DNA of 36,384 nucleotides from Deltaproteobacteria bacterium (GTDB lineage: Bacteria; Bdellovibrionota; FAC87; UBA2466): positions 1-36,384 of the forward strand of contig JACQOU010000115.1 in the NCBI GenBank assembly GCA_016207775.1, given 5' to 3'. The notes under the pieces are model-generated. The model was not told the origin of the DNA, made no database searches, and saw only the letters and a program-made list of their open reading frames with translations. Both the position numbers and the translations under genes were made by a program. Positions 26,625 through 34,528 of this stretch are shown here, one piece after another. Each line of letters starts with the position of its first letter. Within the stretch, counting starts at the first letter, position 1.

Positions 26625-28505
26625 ATGAACAAACGAAGCATACTTGTAGGCCTATGTCTCTTCCTAATTGCAGGTTTTACGCTTCTTTATTTTTGCTCGC
26701 CTCGAATAGCGACATTGATTTTTCAAAGTGCAATTCATGATGCGAGCGCTCTAGGACTCGAAGTAACGGTACATAAATTTTCCCTCCGGCAGGCGACCGT
26801 CTCTTTTAGAGGTCCTGATGGAAAAATCATCGCGGAAAATATCGACTTTCATTTTTCCCCTAAACTAACACCGCTCGGTATTCAAATCCGTTGTCACCAT
26901 CAAGTACAAGGGTTATCGATTTCTTCAGTCACTGTGCAAGCTCTTGAAGTGGAATTTTCATACTATTATCGCCTGATAGGCTCACCGGTGATTGAGCTAC
27001 AAACTACAGGAAACATTTTTTCCAACAAGACCCATGTTACGGTTCGGGGAACCCTCGAAGATGACCTTCGTTTTCTGGGAGACGTGACGTTCAAGCAAAA
27101 AGGACTTGAACTATCGGGACCGTTTGAGGTTAGCCATCGCGAACAGGAAACAACATTCAAGAGCAATATCGTTGCCAGAATGCCGCCTTTTTTTGTGGCA
27201 ACCCCGCTTGACATTGCGCTTGTGCACTCGAGAGCTGGACTGGATGCGACCATAGGCTGTGGCAGTCCGCTAACAAATTGCCTTGTGCTTCCCATTGCAA
27301 GCGTTTCTTTCAATGTCGGAAGAATGAGCCTCCGACTCCGCGGCACAAAAGATCTCACGTTTGCCGTTGACGTACGCGATCTCGTTCCCAACTTGCCTAA
27401 GTCTCTCTCCTCAACCGTGCATCTGGATAATTTAGAAGGAACCGTGAGTGGAGAACTATCGTTTCGTGATTTTGCGACTCGATGGAAGGCTCACTTTCGC
27501 GACCGGGCAAAACTTCTTTCGATCAGCGCCGAGGGTGATTATCATGGCACAAGGGGAAACGGTACTGCTTACTTCTCCATCCCCGTCCGCTTTTTAGGAG
27601 CTGTTCAGCCTTCGCAATGGTTGCCGATGCTCAAGAAACGTACCAGCGATATCCAAGGTATGCTTACCCTTTCAGGCAAAGCGCACTTTGGAAAAAATAA
27701 ATTGCAGCTATTAACGCTTACGACCAAAGCCGAAACAATCGCTGGTCTTGTCGAGAAAACCCCCTTTCAGGGATTTTCCATCAATAGTCACCTTACGCTC
27801 TTCCCGTCACTTCGCGGAACAGGCGAAATCCGGTTAAGAAAGCTCGGTCGTCATGCAACCCTTGATGGGTTTAGAGTAAGTTTTGAAATCATCGGTGACA
27901 GTGCAAAACTCCTCCATTTCAGCGGCCGGTTATTCGGTGGCGAAGTTTCGTCCCAACCGTTCCCGATTACTTTTTCGCCTCTGTCTTTTTCCACCGTGTT
28001 ACACGTGAACGAACTAGATCTCAGTGCGCTTTTGAAGGCACTTGATTTTGACAAGTTATCAGGTCAGGGCAAAATGGACGGCGAGCTACCCTTACAGATT
28101 GATAACGATGGGCTCTTCGTAACAAAAGCCGTCTTTAAAAACCGGGGCAACGGCATTATCCGATACGATTACGAACCGGGGGCAAGCAAAAAGACCATCG
28201 AATACCTTGATGAATTTCAAAACCTTCTTCAACAAGGTGAGCGGGCTTTAGTGATGAAGGCTCTTGAAAATTTTTATTATACTTTGCTGACACTGGATGC
28301 GAACCGTACCCCCCAATCGGGGGTGCAGATTAGCCTTCATTTTAAGGGAAGTAATCCTGAGCTTGCTCGAGGCCAGGTGTTTGACATAAAGTTACCTATT
28401 ACGGGCCAATTGGAGCCGTTTCTTAAGGAAACTTTATTGAAGTCATTCATGGAGAAGGAAGCATGGGAAGAAAAAGCTCAGGATATCATGCGCCATCGCC
28501 CCTGA
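26625..28505 (+). CDS. ydbH: YdbH-like AsmA-family envelope protein (intermembrane lipid transport family)
   Basis: It has an N-terminal membrane anchor (SILVGLCLFLIAGFTLLYF), a long beta-rich body and a C-terminal GELPLQIDNDGLFVTKAVFKNRGNGIIRYDYEP segment. It is followed directly by ynbE and ydbL homologues, matching the conserved E. coli operon order. Confidence 0.7.
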   Translation: MNKRSILVGLCLFLIAGFTLLYFCSPRIATLIFQSAIHDASALGLEVTVHKFSLRQATVSFRGPDGKIIAENIDFHFSPKLTPLGIQIRCHHQVQGLSISSVTVQALEVEFSYYYRLIGSPVIELQTTGNIFSNKTHVTVRGTLEDDLRFLGDVTFKQKGLELSGPFEVSHREQETTFKSNIVARMPPFFVATPLDIALVHSRAGLDATIGCGSPLTNCLVLPIASVSFNVGRMSLRLRGTKDLTFAVDVRDLVPNLPKSLSSTVHLDNLEGTVSGELSFRDFATRWKAHFRDRAKLLSISAEGDYHGTRGNGTAYFSIPVRFLGAVQPSQWLPMLKKRTSDIQGMLTLSGKAHFGKNKLQLLTLTTKAETIAGLVEKTPFQGFSINSHLTLFPSLRGTGEIRLRKLGRHATLDGFRVSFEIIGDSAKLLHFSGRLFGGEVSSQPFPITFSPLSFSTVLHVNELDLSALLKALDFDKLSGQGKMDGELPLQIDNDGLFVTKAVFKNRGNGIIRYDYEPGASKKTIEYLDEFQNLLQQGERALVMKALENFYYTLLTLDANRTPQSGVQISLHFKGSNPELARGQVFDIKLPITGQLEPFLKETLLKSFMEKEAWEEKAQDIMRHRP

Positions 28506-28732
28506 TATTTTACGTCCTGTTTGGCATCATCATGGGTAGCGGTGCATGCACTCACAAAGTCAAGATCGAGCCTTCAGACAAGCCGTTTGTGGTCAATCTG
28601 AATGTGAAGGTGGATCACGAAATCAAAGTTCAGATCGAGGATCAGAATAAGGACCTGTTAAATCTCGAATCTGAGATTATGGAAAAGAAGACACCACGTA
28701 AGCAAGCCGTAAAGAAAGGCAATAGGAGGTAA
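28463..28732 (+). CDS. ynbE: YnbE-family small lipoprotein
   Basis: The mature part CTHKVKIEPSDKPFVVNLNVKVDHEIKVQIED matches the YnbE signature (C-x-x-x-[IV]-x-[IV]-x-x-x-x-KP-[IF]-x-[IV]-N-[LM]-N-V-K-[IV]-x-HEI). A GGAGAAGGA Shine-Dalgarno precedes ATG 28463. The gene overlaps the ydbH 3' end by 43 nt. Confidence 0.8.
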   Translation: MGRKSSGYHAPSPLIFYVLFGIIMGSGACTHKVKIEPSDKPFVVNLNVKVDHEIKVQIEDQNKDLLNLESEIMEKKTPRKQAVKKGNRR

Positions 28733-28733
28733 T

Positions 28734-29138
28734 ATGAAACCAATTCTATTGATTAACCTGTTTCGAAATGCCGGCGTCCGACGTAGGCTTACTATTTGTT
28801 CCATTAGTATTTTTGTTGCTTGCCTCATGTTTTCCTCTATGGCACGAGCCGATGTAGAAACCATGCGCAAACGGGTGCCTCAAATCGCGGAGATGAAGGA
28901 TAAAGGGCTAATCGGTGAACAACCGGATGGCTATCTGGGTGTCATCAAGGCGGAGGGTGAAGCAAGAGCAGTGGTTGATGCGGAAAACCGGGATCGACGT
29001 GAAGAGTACGAAAAACGAGCCTCTTCACAGGGAAAAACCGTTGACGTGCTTGCAAAAGTCCTTGGCGAAGCCCGGATCCGTGACGAAAAGCCCGGTCGTT
29101 TTGTCCGTACCGAATCCGGCGAGTGGGTTAAGAAATAG
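28734..29138 (+). CDS. ydbL: YdbL-family periplasmic protein (DUF1318)
   Basis: An AGGAGG Shine-Dalgarno at 28724-28729 precedes the start. It has a signal-like N-terminus. GLIGEQPDGYLGV...AVVDAENRDRREEYEKRA...AKVLGE fits the DUF1318 pattern. It is third in the ydbH-ynbE-ydbL order. Confidence 0.8.
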   Translation: MKPILLINLFRNAGVRRRLTICSISIFVACLMFSSMARADVETMRKRVPQIAEMKDKGLIGEQPDGYLGVIKAEGEARAVVDAENRDRREEYEKRASSQGKTVDVLAKVLGEARIRDEKPGRFVRTESGEWVKK

Positions 29139-29180
29139 TTTCAAAATCACTCGATAAGCTCTCCATTACCGTTGAAACAC

Positions 29181-29210
29181 CATACCGTAATATGGTATGC
29201 TGTATGGTAT
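29181..29210 (+). promoter_or_regulatory. Candidate VapB operator: an inverted repeat plus a direct repeat abutting the vapB start codon
   Basis: CATACC (29181-29186), a 7-nt spacer, then GGTATG (29194-29199). TATGGTAT occurs twice, at 29191-29198 and 29203-29210, with a 12-nt period. The second copy ends immediately 5' of ATG 29211. Confidence 0.35.
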
Positions 29211-29426
29211 ATGAGAGCCAGCAAGAAATATACAGTTGAGCTAGAAGAGGCACTAGTCAAATCAGCCGTCAGGTCGACTGGAAAGAGTTTTACAGAGACT
29301 GTCCGCCAAGGATTGAAGATCCTTGCTTCCACAGAAGCATATCGGGAGCTATCGAAGATGAGGGGAACTGTTGATTTGCAGCTTGATATTAGAGAGATAA
29401 GAAAGAACAAGCGTGATCAGCGCTGA
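29211..29426 (+). CDS. vapB: VapB-family type II antitoxin
   Basis: MRASKKYTVELEEALVKSAVRSTGKSFTETVRQGLKIL...MRGTVDLQLDIREIR fits the VapB_antitoxin pattern (MRTTxDxDDxLxxxAxxxTG..TKxxxVxxAL..L ... LRGxxxW). Its stop overlaps the PIN gene start. ATG 29211 is preferred to the track's TTG at 29172, which lies in the operator-like repeats. Confidence 0.75.
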   Translation: MRASKKYTVELEEALVKSAVRSTGKSFTETVRQGLKILASTEAYRELSKMRGTVDLQLDIREIRKNKRDQR

Positions 29427-29799
29427 TACAAGCGTCTTTGTCGATTTTTTTCGTGGTGTTAACAACACAGCCATAGATTTGTTGCAGCAGTCTCTTGAAG
29501 GCAAGCAGCTACAGATGAATCCGTTTGTGCTAAGCGAATTACTCAGCTCACCAAAGCTGCCAACGAAGACAGAGAAATACCTTTTGGCCTTGCCACGCAT
29601 GGAGATCGATTCAAGCTTTTTTGAGCGTGCGGGGATTCTTAGGCGACGGATTTATGAAAAGGGAAAAGGAGTAGCTATTGCCGATATCTATATTGCCCAA
29701 GCATGTATCGACTCACGAATCCCCCTTCTTACGGTGGATCAAGATCTTCTCATGATATCCGAGTATAGTGATTTGGACGTTGTTCAAATTCAGGGTTAA
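29413..29799 (+). CDS. vapC: PIN-domain ribonuclease toxin VapC
   Basis: Acidic PIN residues are in the expected places: ISADTSVFVDFF (Asp ~5), LSELLS (Glu ~42), IADIYIAQ (Asp ~91) and LLTVDQD (Asp ~109). GTG 29413 overlaps the vapB stop by 14 nt. Confidence 0.8.
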   Translation: MISADTSVFVDFFRGVNNTAIDLLQQSLEGKQLQMNPFVLSELLSSPKLPTKTEKYLLALPRMEIDSSFFERAGILRRRIYEKGKGVAIADIYIAQACIDSRIPLLTVDQDLLMISEYSDLDVVQIQG

Positions 29800-30276
29800 A
29801 TTTTCCTGATACTCACGTATTCAACTATTCAAAGTAGGTTCGGACATTTTACGGTCAGTGACAAAATATCTAGACAGATGTTCACTATCATCCGAAAGGT
29901 TCGGGTGATATTCTTTGTTGTCCATGAGTATTGAAGATTCTCGTGGGACCTCTGGAAAAGTGACAACAGGATTCGAACAACTGACAGTGGCAATGAATGT
30001 GGATGGTAGCAGGGAGTATTCTTGGTGCGTTCGGTGCTGGACGTAAAAGGGCACGCAAATATCAAGAGAAACACGACAAAAACTGACAATCCTTACACCG
30101 AAGTTCTTTAGCTTTTTCTCTCTGAAAATTCATAAATTACAGCTAAGTGGTTGAATGTGTTAGGCGTTACCTCGTTACACGCGTGTAGCACACGGTCGCA
30201 TTCTCGAATGTGATCGTCCGAGATTCTTTGGCATGCATGTTGCTGTAAAATACCATAAATATTGAGGAGCAGCCAT

Positions 30277-31929
30277 ATGCGTTACGGAGCTACCTTTACG
30301 GCTTTTATTTATCTTTTCGCTAATACATTATGTGCGCAGGAATTCCATAGCAATAAGTCGGCGCAGCAGACTCCGGCGAGTCATGAAAGAGCAATAGCAG
30401 ACACACAGAATACAATACCAATTCCATGTGATCCATCCCAAATCAAAAAGCCCATCGAAATTGTATTGTCATCAGAATGGCACCATGATCCTAGCGATTT
30501 CCTAAACTACAATAGGAAAACTGGTTGGACTGCTGGAACACGAGTTTCAAGAAAAGCACTACTGGTAACGGAAATAGGAAATGACAAGTGGTTCCTTCCT
30601 CCGAACTACGAATTCTTGAACACTGTTGAAGGCGACGGGGAAGTAGCCCACAGTATTGCCGCCCTAACTGTGTTGGCCCGCGCATATTATAAACATCAGT
30701 TAATCAACGTTGGCGTCCCACTGGCTGACATTGTCGCTCCCATAATTGGAATGGAACTGGCAGCCTGGAAAAAACTTTCTCGGCCTTTTAAAGAAAAAAC
30801 GTTGGAAGATTTGGCAACTGAAATCGATCTTGCAATCAAGTGGGTTGACGATCAGAAGAAGGGCAAACAGAAAGATGAAAAGCAAAAGGAAGTTGAACAG
30901 CTAATAGCGACGCTCATGGCCATACAACCAATCCCTCCGTCACTGGCCCTGAAACTCATTGATCAACTCTACGAGGCACATATAAAAACAATCGACCCAG
31001 CAGATTTAGCATTCAAGGAGATTCGCGCAGATTTATTAAAGAACCCTCTTTCTAAGATAGTTGCCGATAAAGCACTGAACGATGAATTCAACAGTAAAAT
31101 CTTTCTCGGAGTCAGAGATAGAAACCTAGCCAGCTCCGCATTAAAGCAAGTGTGTAGTGCAGCCAAGACGGGTGCCGATACTGTCGTAGTCCAACTGGGC
31201 TTGGCCCACACTCTTCACACCGACAAGCTATTACGAGATGCCATTAAGAGAAGTGGCCTCACAGATAAGGTTTCAGTTGTTATCGATGCCAGAGTTCTAC
31301 ATGATGCCAGAGTACAGAAACTTCTCAGTAACGAACCCAAAACGGAAGCAGACATGGGAAACACGGCAGCCGCAGAGGCATTTATTAATTTGCCACCTGG
31401 CCGAATGATAAATCTAGACTCACTTATGTGGCATAATGATTCCGGCGATAAAGCTCGTTATCCAGAAGATGAATTTCGACGGGTGTCTAATCCCAATGGC
31501 GATACGGACAAAGTAATAAAGGACCTAGCGCGAATGCTTAACCCAATAACCGCCAAATCCATGCAAGAGGAATGGAACACCGGCGTGGATGAGAGTTGGA
31601 ACACTGCAAAGAAGGCGTGTGAACTGGCGAAGGAATTTGCTGGTATACCGAAAAACATTGAGCTTACACCCCTTATAGGACCCCGAAGCGCCAACAGTTT
31701 TGCTTATCCTGACGGCACAAACTCTAATGATCCGCTTATTATTGGCCTTTTCGACAAGAAAAACGGAGGAGACTACAACGGCAACTTTGGAGATATCCTC
31801 TACCCGGTCGGAAAAATTGTATTCAGATGGCCTTCTCTTAAAGAAGAAGCAAAGACGGCATATACGCCGTATGTCGAAATACAATTTCATCCTAATTACT
31901 TGAAAAAAGTTAAGGGGCAACAACAATAG
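30277..31929 (+). CDS. Secreted hypothetical protein (550 aa)
   Basis: A GAGGAG Shine-Dalgarno at 30264-30269 precedes ATG 30277, followed by signal peptide MRYGATFTAFIYLFANTLCA|QEF. No family is assigned with confidence. TVVVQLGLAHTLHTDKLLRDAIKRSG weakly recalls the GxxH segment of TraB/GumN/Tiki/ChaN-type proteins. Confidence 0.7.
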   Translation: MRYGATFTAFIYLFANTLCAQEFHSNKSAQQTPASHERAIADTQNTIPIPCDPSQIKKPIEIVLSSEWHHDPSDFLNYNRKTGWTAGTRVSRKALLVTEIGNDKWFLPPNYEFLNTVEGDGEVAHSIAALTVLARAYYKHQLINVGVPLADIVAPIIGMELAAWKKLSRPFKEKTLEDLATEIDLAIKWVDDQKKGKQKDEKQKEVEQLIATLMAIQPIPPSLALKLIDQLYEAHIKTIDPADLAFKEIRADLLKNPLSKIVADKALNDEFNSKIFLGVRDRNLASSALKQVCSAAKTGADTVVVQLGLAHTLHTDKLLRDAIKRSGLTDKVSVVIDARVLHDARVQKLLSNEPKTEADMGNTAAAEAFINLPPGRMINLDSLMWHNDSGDKARYPEDEFRRVSNPNGDTDKVIKDLARMLNPITAKSMQEEWNTGVDESWNTAKKACELAKEFAGIPKNIELTPLIGPRSANSFAYPDGTNSNDPLIIGLFDKKNGGDYNGNFGDILYPVGKIVFRWPSLKEEAKTAYTPYVEIQFHPNYLKKVKGQQQ

Positions 31930-32244
31930 CGCAAGGTGGGCGACAAAATCGGTTACACAGAGTCTTCGGCTCCTGTTAATGAAGGGTTAGAAAGGTGCCA
32001 TCTACTTCGCGACTGAAAAGTATTGGATAAATATCAGTCAAAATTTTCGTACGATGAAGAACATCACTTTTGGGCGTGCATCGCTGACCGTGGAATGATA
32101 AGCGATGGCATCGGGAGGGCGCCCCTTTGTGCCAGAAAGATAATGTTCAGTTGAACCAACGCTTTATCGTTAGGAATTTGGCTCGAGATTTTCCAAGTCA
32201 TGCACGCTCCCCATTCCCGGTTGCCTTCATTTCTAAGGGTTGAT

Positions 32245-32559
32245 ATGAACGCCGCTGTGAGGGGAAAAAAGCCAAATCTGACTCATGACACAGTGCCAGC
32301 CAGTGTCGGACTGGTGAAAGAGATCCGTGACGAGCTGCGGGCCGACATTCGAGCGGTTGAACACGGATTAAGTGCCAAGATTGAACAGGTCATGGTTTCC
32401 GTTCACCGCACCCAAGTTGTGATGGAAGAGCAACGAGGGGAAAATAGAATTGTTTTGGATGGGATTAAAACCCTCATGGAGAGGCAAGATCGAATCGAAA
32501 CCGACTGTGGCGAACTACGGAATACTGTTAGAACCTTAAGTACGATCGCTAAGAGATAA
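32245..32559 (+). CDS. Small hypothetical protein, predicted helical/coiled-coil (104 aa)
   Basis: ORF with heptad-like charged sequence (EIRDELRADIRAVEHGLSAKIEQVMV...LMERQDRIETDCGELRNTV). ATG 32245 is preferred to 32200. There is no strong Shine-Dalgarno and no family recognised. Confidence 0.4.
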   Translation: MNAAVRGKKPNLTHDTVPASVGLVKEIRDELRADIRAVEHGLSAKIEQVMVSVHRTQVVMEEQRGENRIVLDGIKTLMERQDRIETDCGELRNTVRTLSTIAKR

Positions 32560-32589
32560 ATTTACCAGACAGATGTTCGGCCTGGTAGT

Positions 32590-34416
32590 TTAGGACGATC
32601 GGCCAAGAAGAAGCTCACGACACGTCTCTAGGAGTGGTCTCATGCGGCCTCCAAGGTCAATACCCCGCCCGAAGAGCGTCCTGCGAAACCTGTAAAGAAC
32701 GTTGGAAAAATTAGCTGAGTTCTCAGAAAACAATCCTTGAAGCTTATTATTGATCGGAACAAACGACTGCAGTTCACTGTCTGCAACCGCTTTACCTGCT
32801 ACAGCTATTCTTCTCCTGAAGGGCTCACATGTACTAAGCCGTTTTATGTCCCCTGGAGATAAGATCCCTTGTCTTGCTTCTTTTAGAACAACTGGGTCAT
32901 TGTCAAAAACCGCATGCTCGATTCGCACCAATTCATACGCTTCGACCACCAAGGCCCAAAGTGATAAATAATCCCATGTCAGCTCTTCAGCTCTTTTCAC
33001 CCCGGCAGTCACAATAGGTCGCTGGGCACCAAAAGGATGGTCCTCATTACGCTTCAAGCGAGGATCATTTGAACTCAAAGCATCGCCATAGGCGCTCTCC
33101 GATAGAAGTACAGACCAATGCACTTGCAGGCTATTAGCCATATACTCTGCAAAACCTTGGTCGCCGGGCGTAAAAAATTGAGTCGAAATTGCCCCATCCA
33201 GCCAAGCCCTGTGTAGTTGCATGGGCCGCAACTTCGCTAAGTCATGTTGATTTCCAAAATATATTCGGAAATCAAAATTAATATACTCTGCCGCTCTTTT
33301 GCCATGAGGCGTTTCCTTTAACCATGCTTGGACTCTATCCTTCGCCGCGAGCATATAATAACTATTTGGGCCCCATCCGCCTGGGCCTTTTAGCGCGAGA
33401 TCGAATAGTCTTAAATTGATCTCGCTTGCATTAGCATCCAGACCATTGAATTTTGCTCTTCCAAGAATTTCAAATATCAAAGACAGGGTGTCATTGTCGC
33501 AACCCAAACCGATAATATCCAATCTTTCTATAAGCCGGGCACTCACCATGTTGAAAAGGTAATTCGCAAGCAAATCCCTTCCGTAGCGATCGACCTTGAG
33601 GCTTCCGTAGGAATCAGTGGCTTGACTGTAGCCGTACGGATTTGGCATTGCCCAATGGCGCTCTGGAAGGACCAAAAGGGTGACATTACGAGGCAGTTCT
33701 TCATGCGAATTTGCCAAATGGCTTTCTGGCTCTGCAAGATAAATTTCAACAGAATCAAGCTCGGCTAGTTTGACGGCATCTGCAATGACCTTTGCGGTAT
33801 AAGGCTTTTCAGTGACAATAACTGTTTTTCCTCTACGCCTTAATTCTTGGGCAAGGATTCTTGCTTCCCCTTTTCCTCCCCGAGCGTTGGTGTATATCAG
33901 CCTAGTATCGCCAGCTGGCAACCCAAATCTTCTACTGAAATCTTTCAACGCTACGGTAACCCGTTTCTCGCCCGCTGATTTAATCAGATTTAACCGAAAG
34001 GAAGGGTGAGGCATTCCGTTTTTTACTTCAACTTGGAGATCCTGACCTGCTGGAACCTGCAGCCTAAAGACTTGCGTGGTCTGTGGAAACATCGGTGGTT
34101 GTAGTAGCCGCTGCAACTCAGTGTCTGGGGTCATTGGCACCAAAAGCGCGCGATCGATCTCTAACGGATACAAAACCCTTAAATGCCCTTTAATGGATTG
34201 ATAGTCCTTCTCCGCAATCAATACTGCAATAATTTCACCCTGAAATTTTCCTGTTTCGTCAGGTGGAACTCGTTCGTCTAGGCGCAACAGTATAGTTCTG
34301 CCATCAGAAGTTCCAGTAACGAGGCCCAATTCGTAAACATTATCTGCAGCAAGTCCAGCTGTAACACAAAGGAGCAGGACGGCGAACAGCAGATAAAGAG
34401 CTTTTGAACTTGGCAT
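32590..34416 (-). CDS. Secreted hypothetical protein (608 aa)
   Basis: A GGTGAGG Shine-Dalgarno precedes ATG 34416, followed by signal peptide MPSSKALYLLFAVLLLCVTAGLAA|DNV. The track start is GTG 34422. It is a long ORF with protein-like composition and no family recognised. Confidence 0.7.
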   Translation of the reverse strand: MPSSKALYLLFAVLLLCVTAGLAADNVYELGLVTGTSDGRTILLRLDERVPPDETGKFQGEIIAVLIAEKDYQSIKGHLRVLYPLEIDRALLVPMTPDTELQRLLQPPMFPQTTQVFRLQVPAGQDLQVEVKNGMPHPSFRLNLIKSAGEKRVTVALKDFSRRFGLPAGDTRLIYTNARGGKGEARILAQELRRRGKTVIVTEKPYTAKVIADAVKLAELDSVEIYLAEPESHLANSHEELPRNVTLLVLPERHWAMPNPYGYSQATDSYGSLKVDRYGRDLLANYLFNMVSARLIERLDIIGLGCDNDTLSLIFEILGRAKFNGLDANASEINLRLFDLALKGPGGWGPNSYYMLAAKDRVQAWLKETPHGKRAAEYINFDFRIYFGNQHDLAKLRPMQLHRAWLDGAISTQFFTPGDQGFAEYMANSLQVHWSVLLSESAYGDALSSNDPRLKRNEDHPFGAQRPIVTAGVKRAEELTWDYLSLWALVVEAYELVRIEHAVFDNDPVVLKEARQGILSPGDIKRLSTCEPFRRRIAVAGKAVADSELQSFVPINNKLQGLFSENSANFSNVLYRFRRTLFGRGIDLGGRMRPLLETCRELLLGRSS

Positions 34417-34528
34417 TGTCACCTCACCATAGATCGGATTCCACTGGCCCCCTGAAATGCCTCCTTATAGTACAAGCGTTTTGCCGACACAATCTGTTTT
34501 GCTGCGATGTATCAAAACAGTCGGATAT

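Noticed and set aside
29969-29978. GGATTCGAAC (minus strand GTTCGAATCC), a tRNA T-loop-like motif in the spacer after vapBC that could mark a tRNA or an att-site remnant
   Set aside because: I tried to fold the surrounding minus-strand sequence. The 5 nt upstream of TTCGAAT (AGTTG) do not pair with the downstream CCTGT. I found no complementary acceptor stem and no correctly spaced CCA. At most it is a degraded fragment, and it is not supportable as a tRNA.
29821-30089. Two overlapping small minus-strand ORFs (77 and 86 aa) in the 460-bp spacer
   Set aside because: They have no Shine-Dalgarno, occupy mutually exclusive frames and match no recognisable family. They could be gene debris, and the evidence is too weak to call a CDS or a pseudogene.
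30176-30187. Perfect 12-bp palindrome TACACGCGTGTA about 90 nt upstream of the 550-aa secreted protein gene, with a nearby CATTC-N2-GAATG
   Set aside because: A 12-bp perfect palindrome is expected about 9 times by chance in 36 kb (36,000/4^6). Without conservation data it cannot be called an operator.
32062-32201. 46-codon minus-strand ORF (MTWKISSQIPNDKALVQLNIIFLAQRGALPMPSLIIPRSAMHAQK) in the gap upstream of the 104-aa gene
   Set aside because: It is short, has no Shine-Dalgarno and matches no recognisable motif. I cannot distinguish it from noise.
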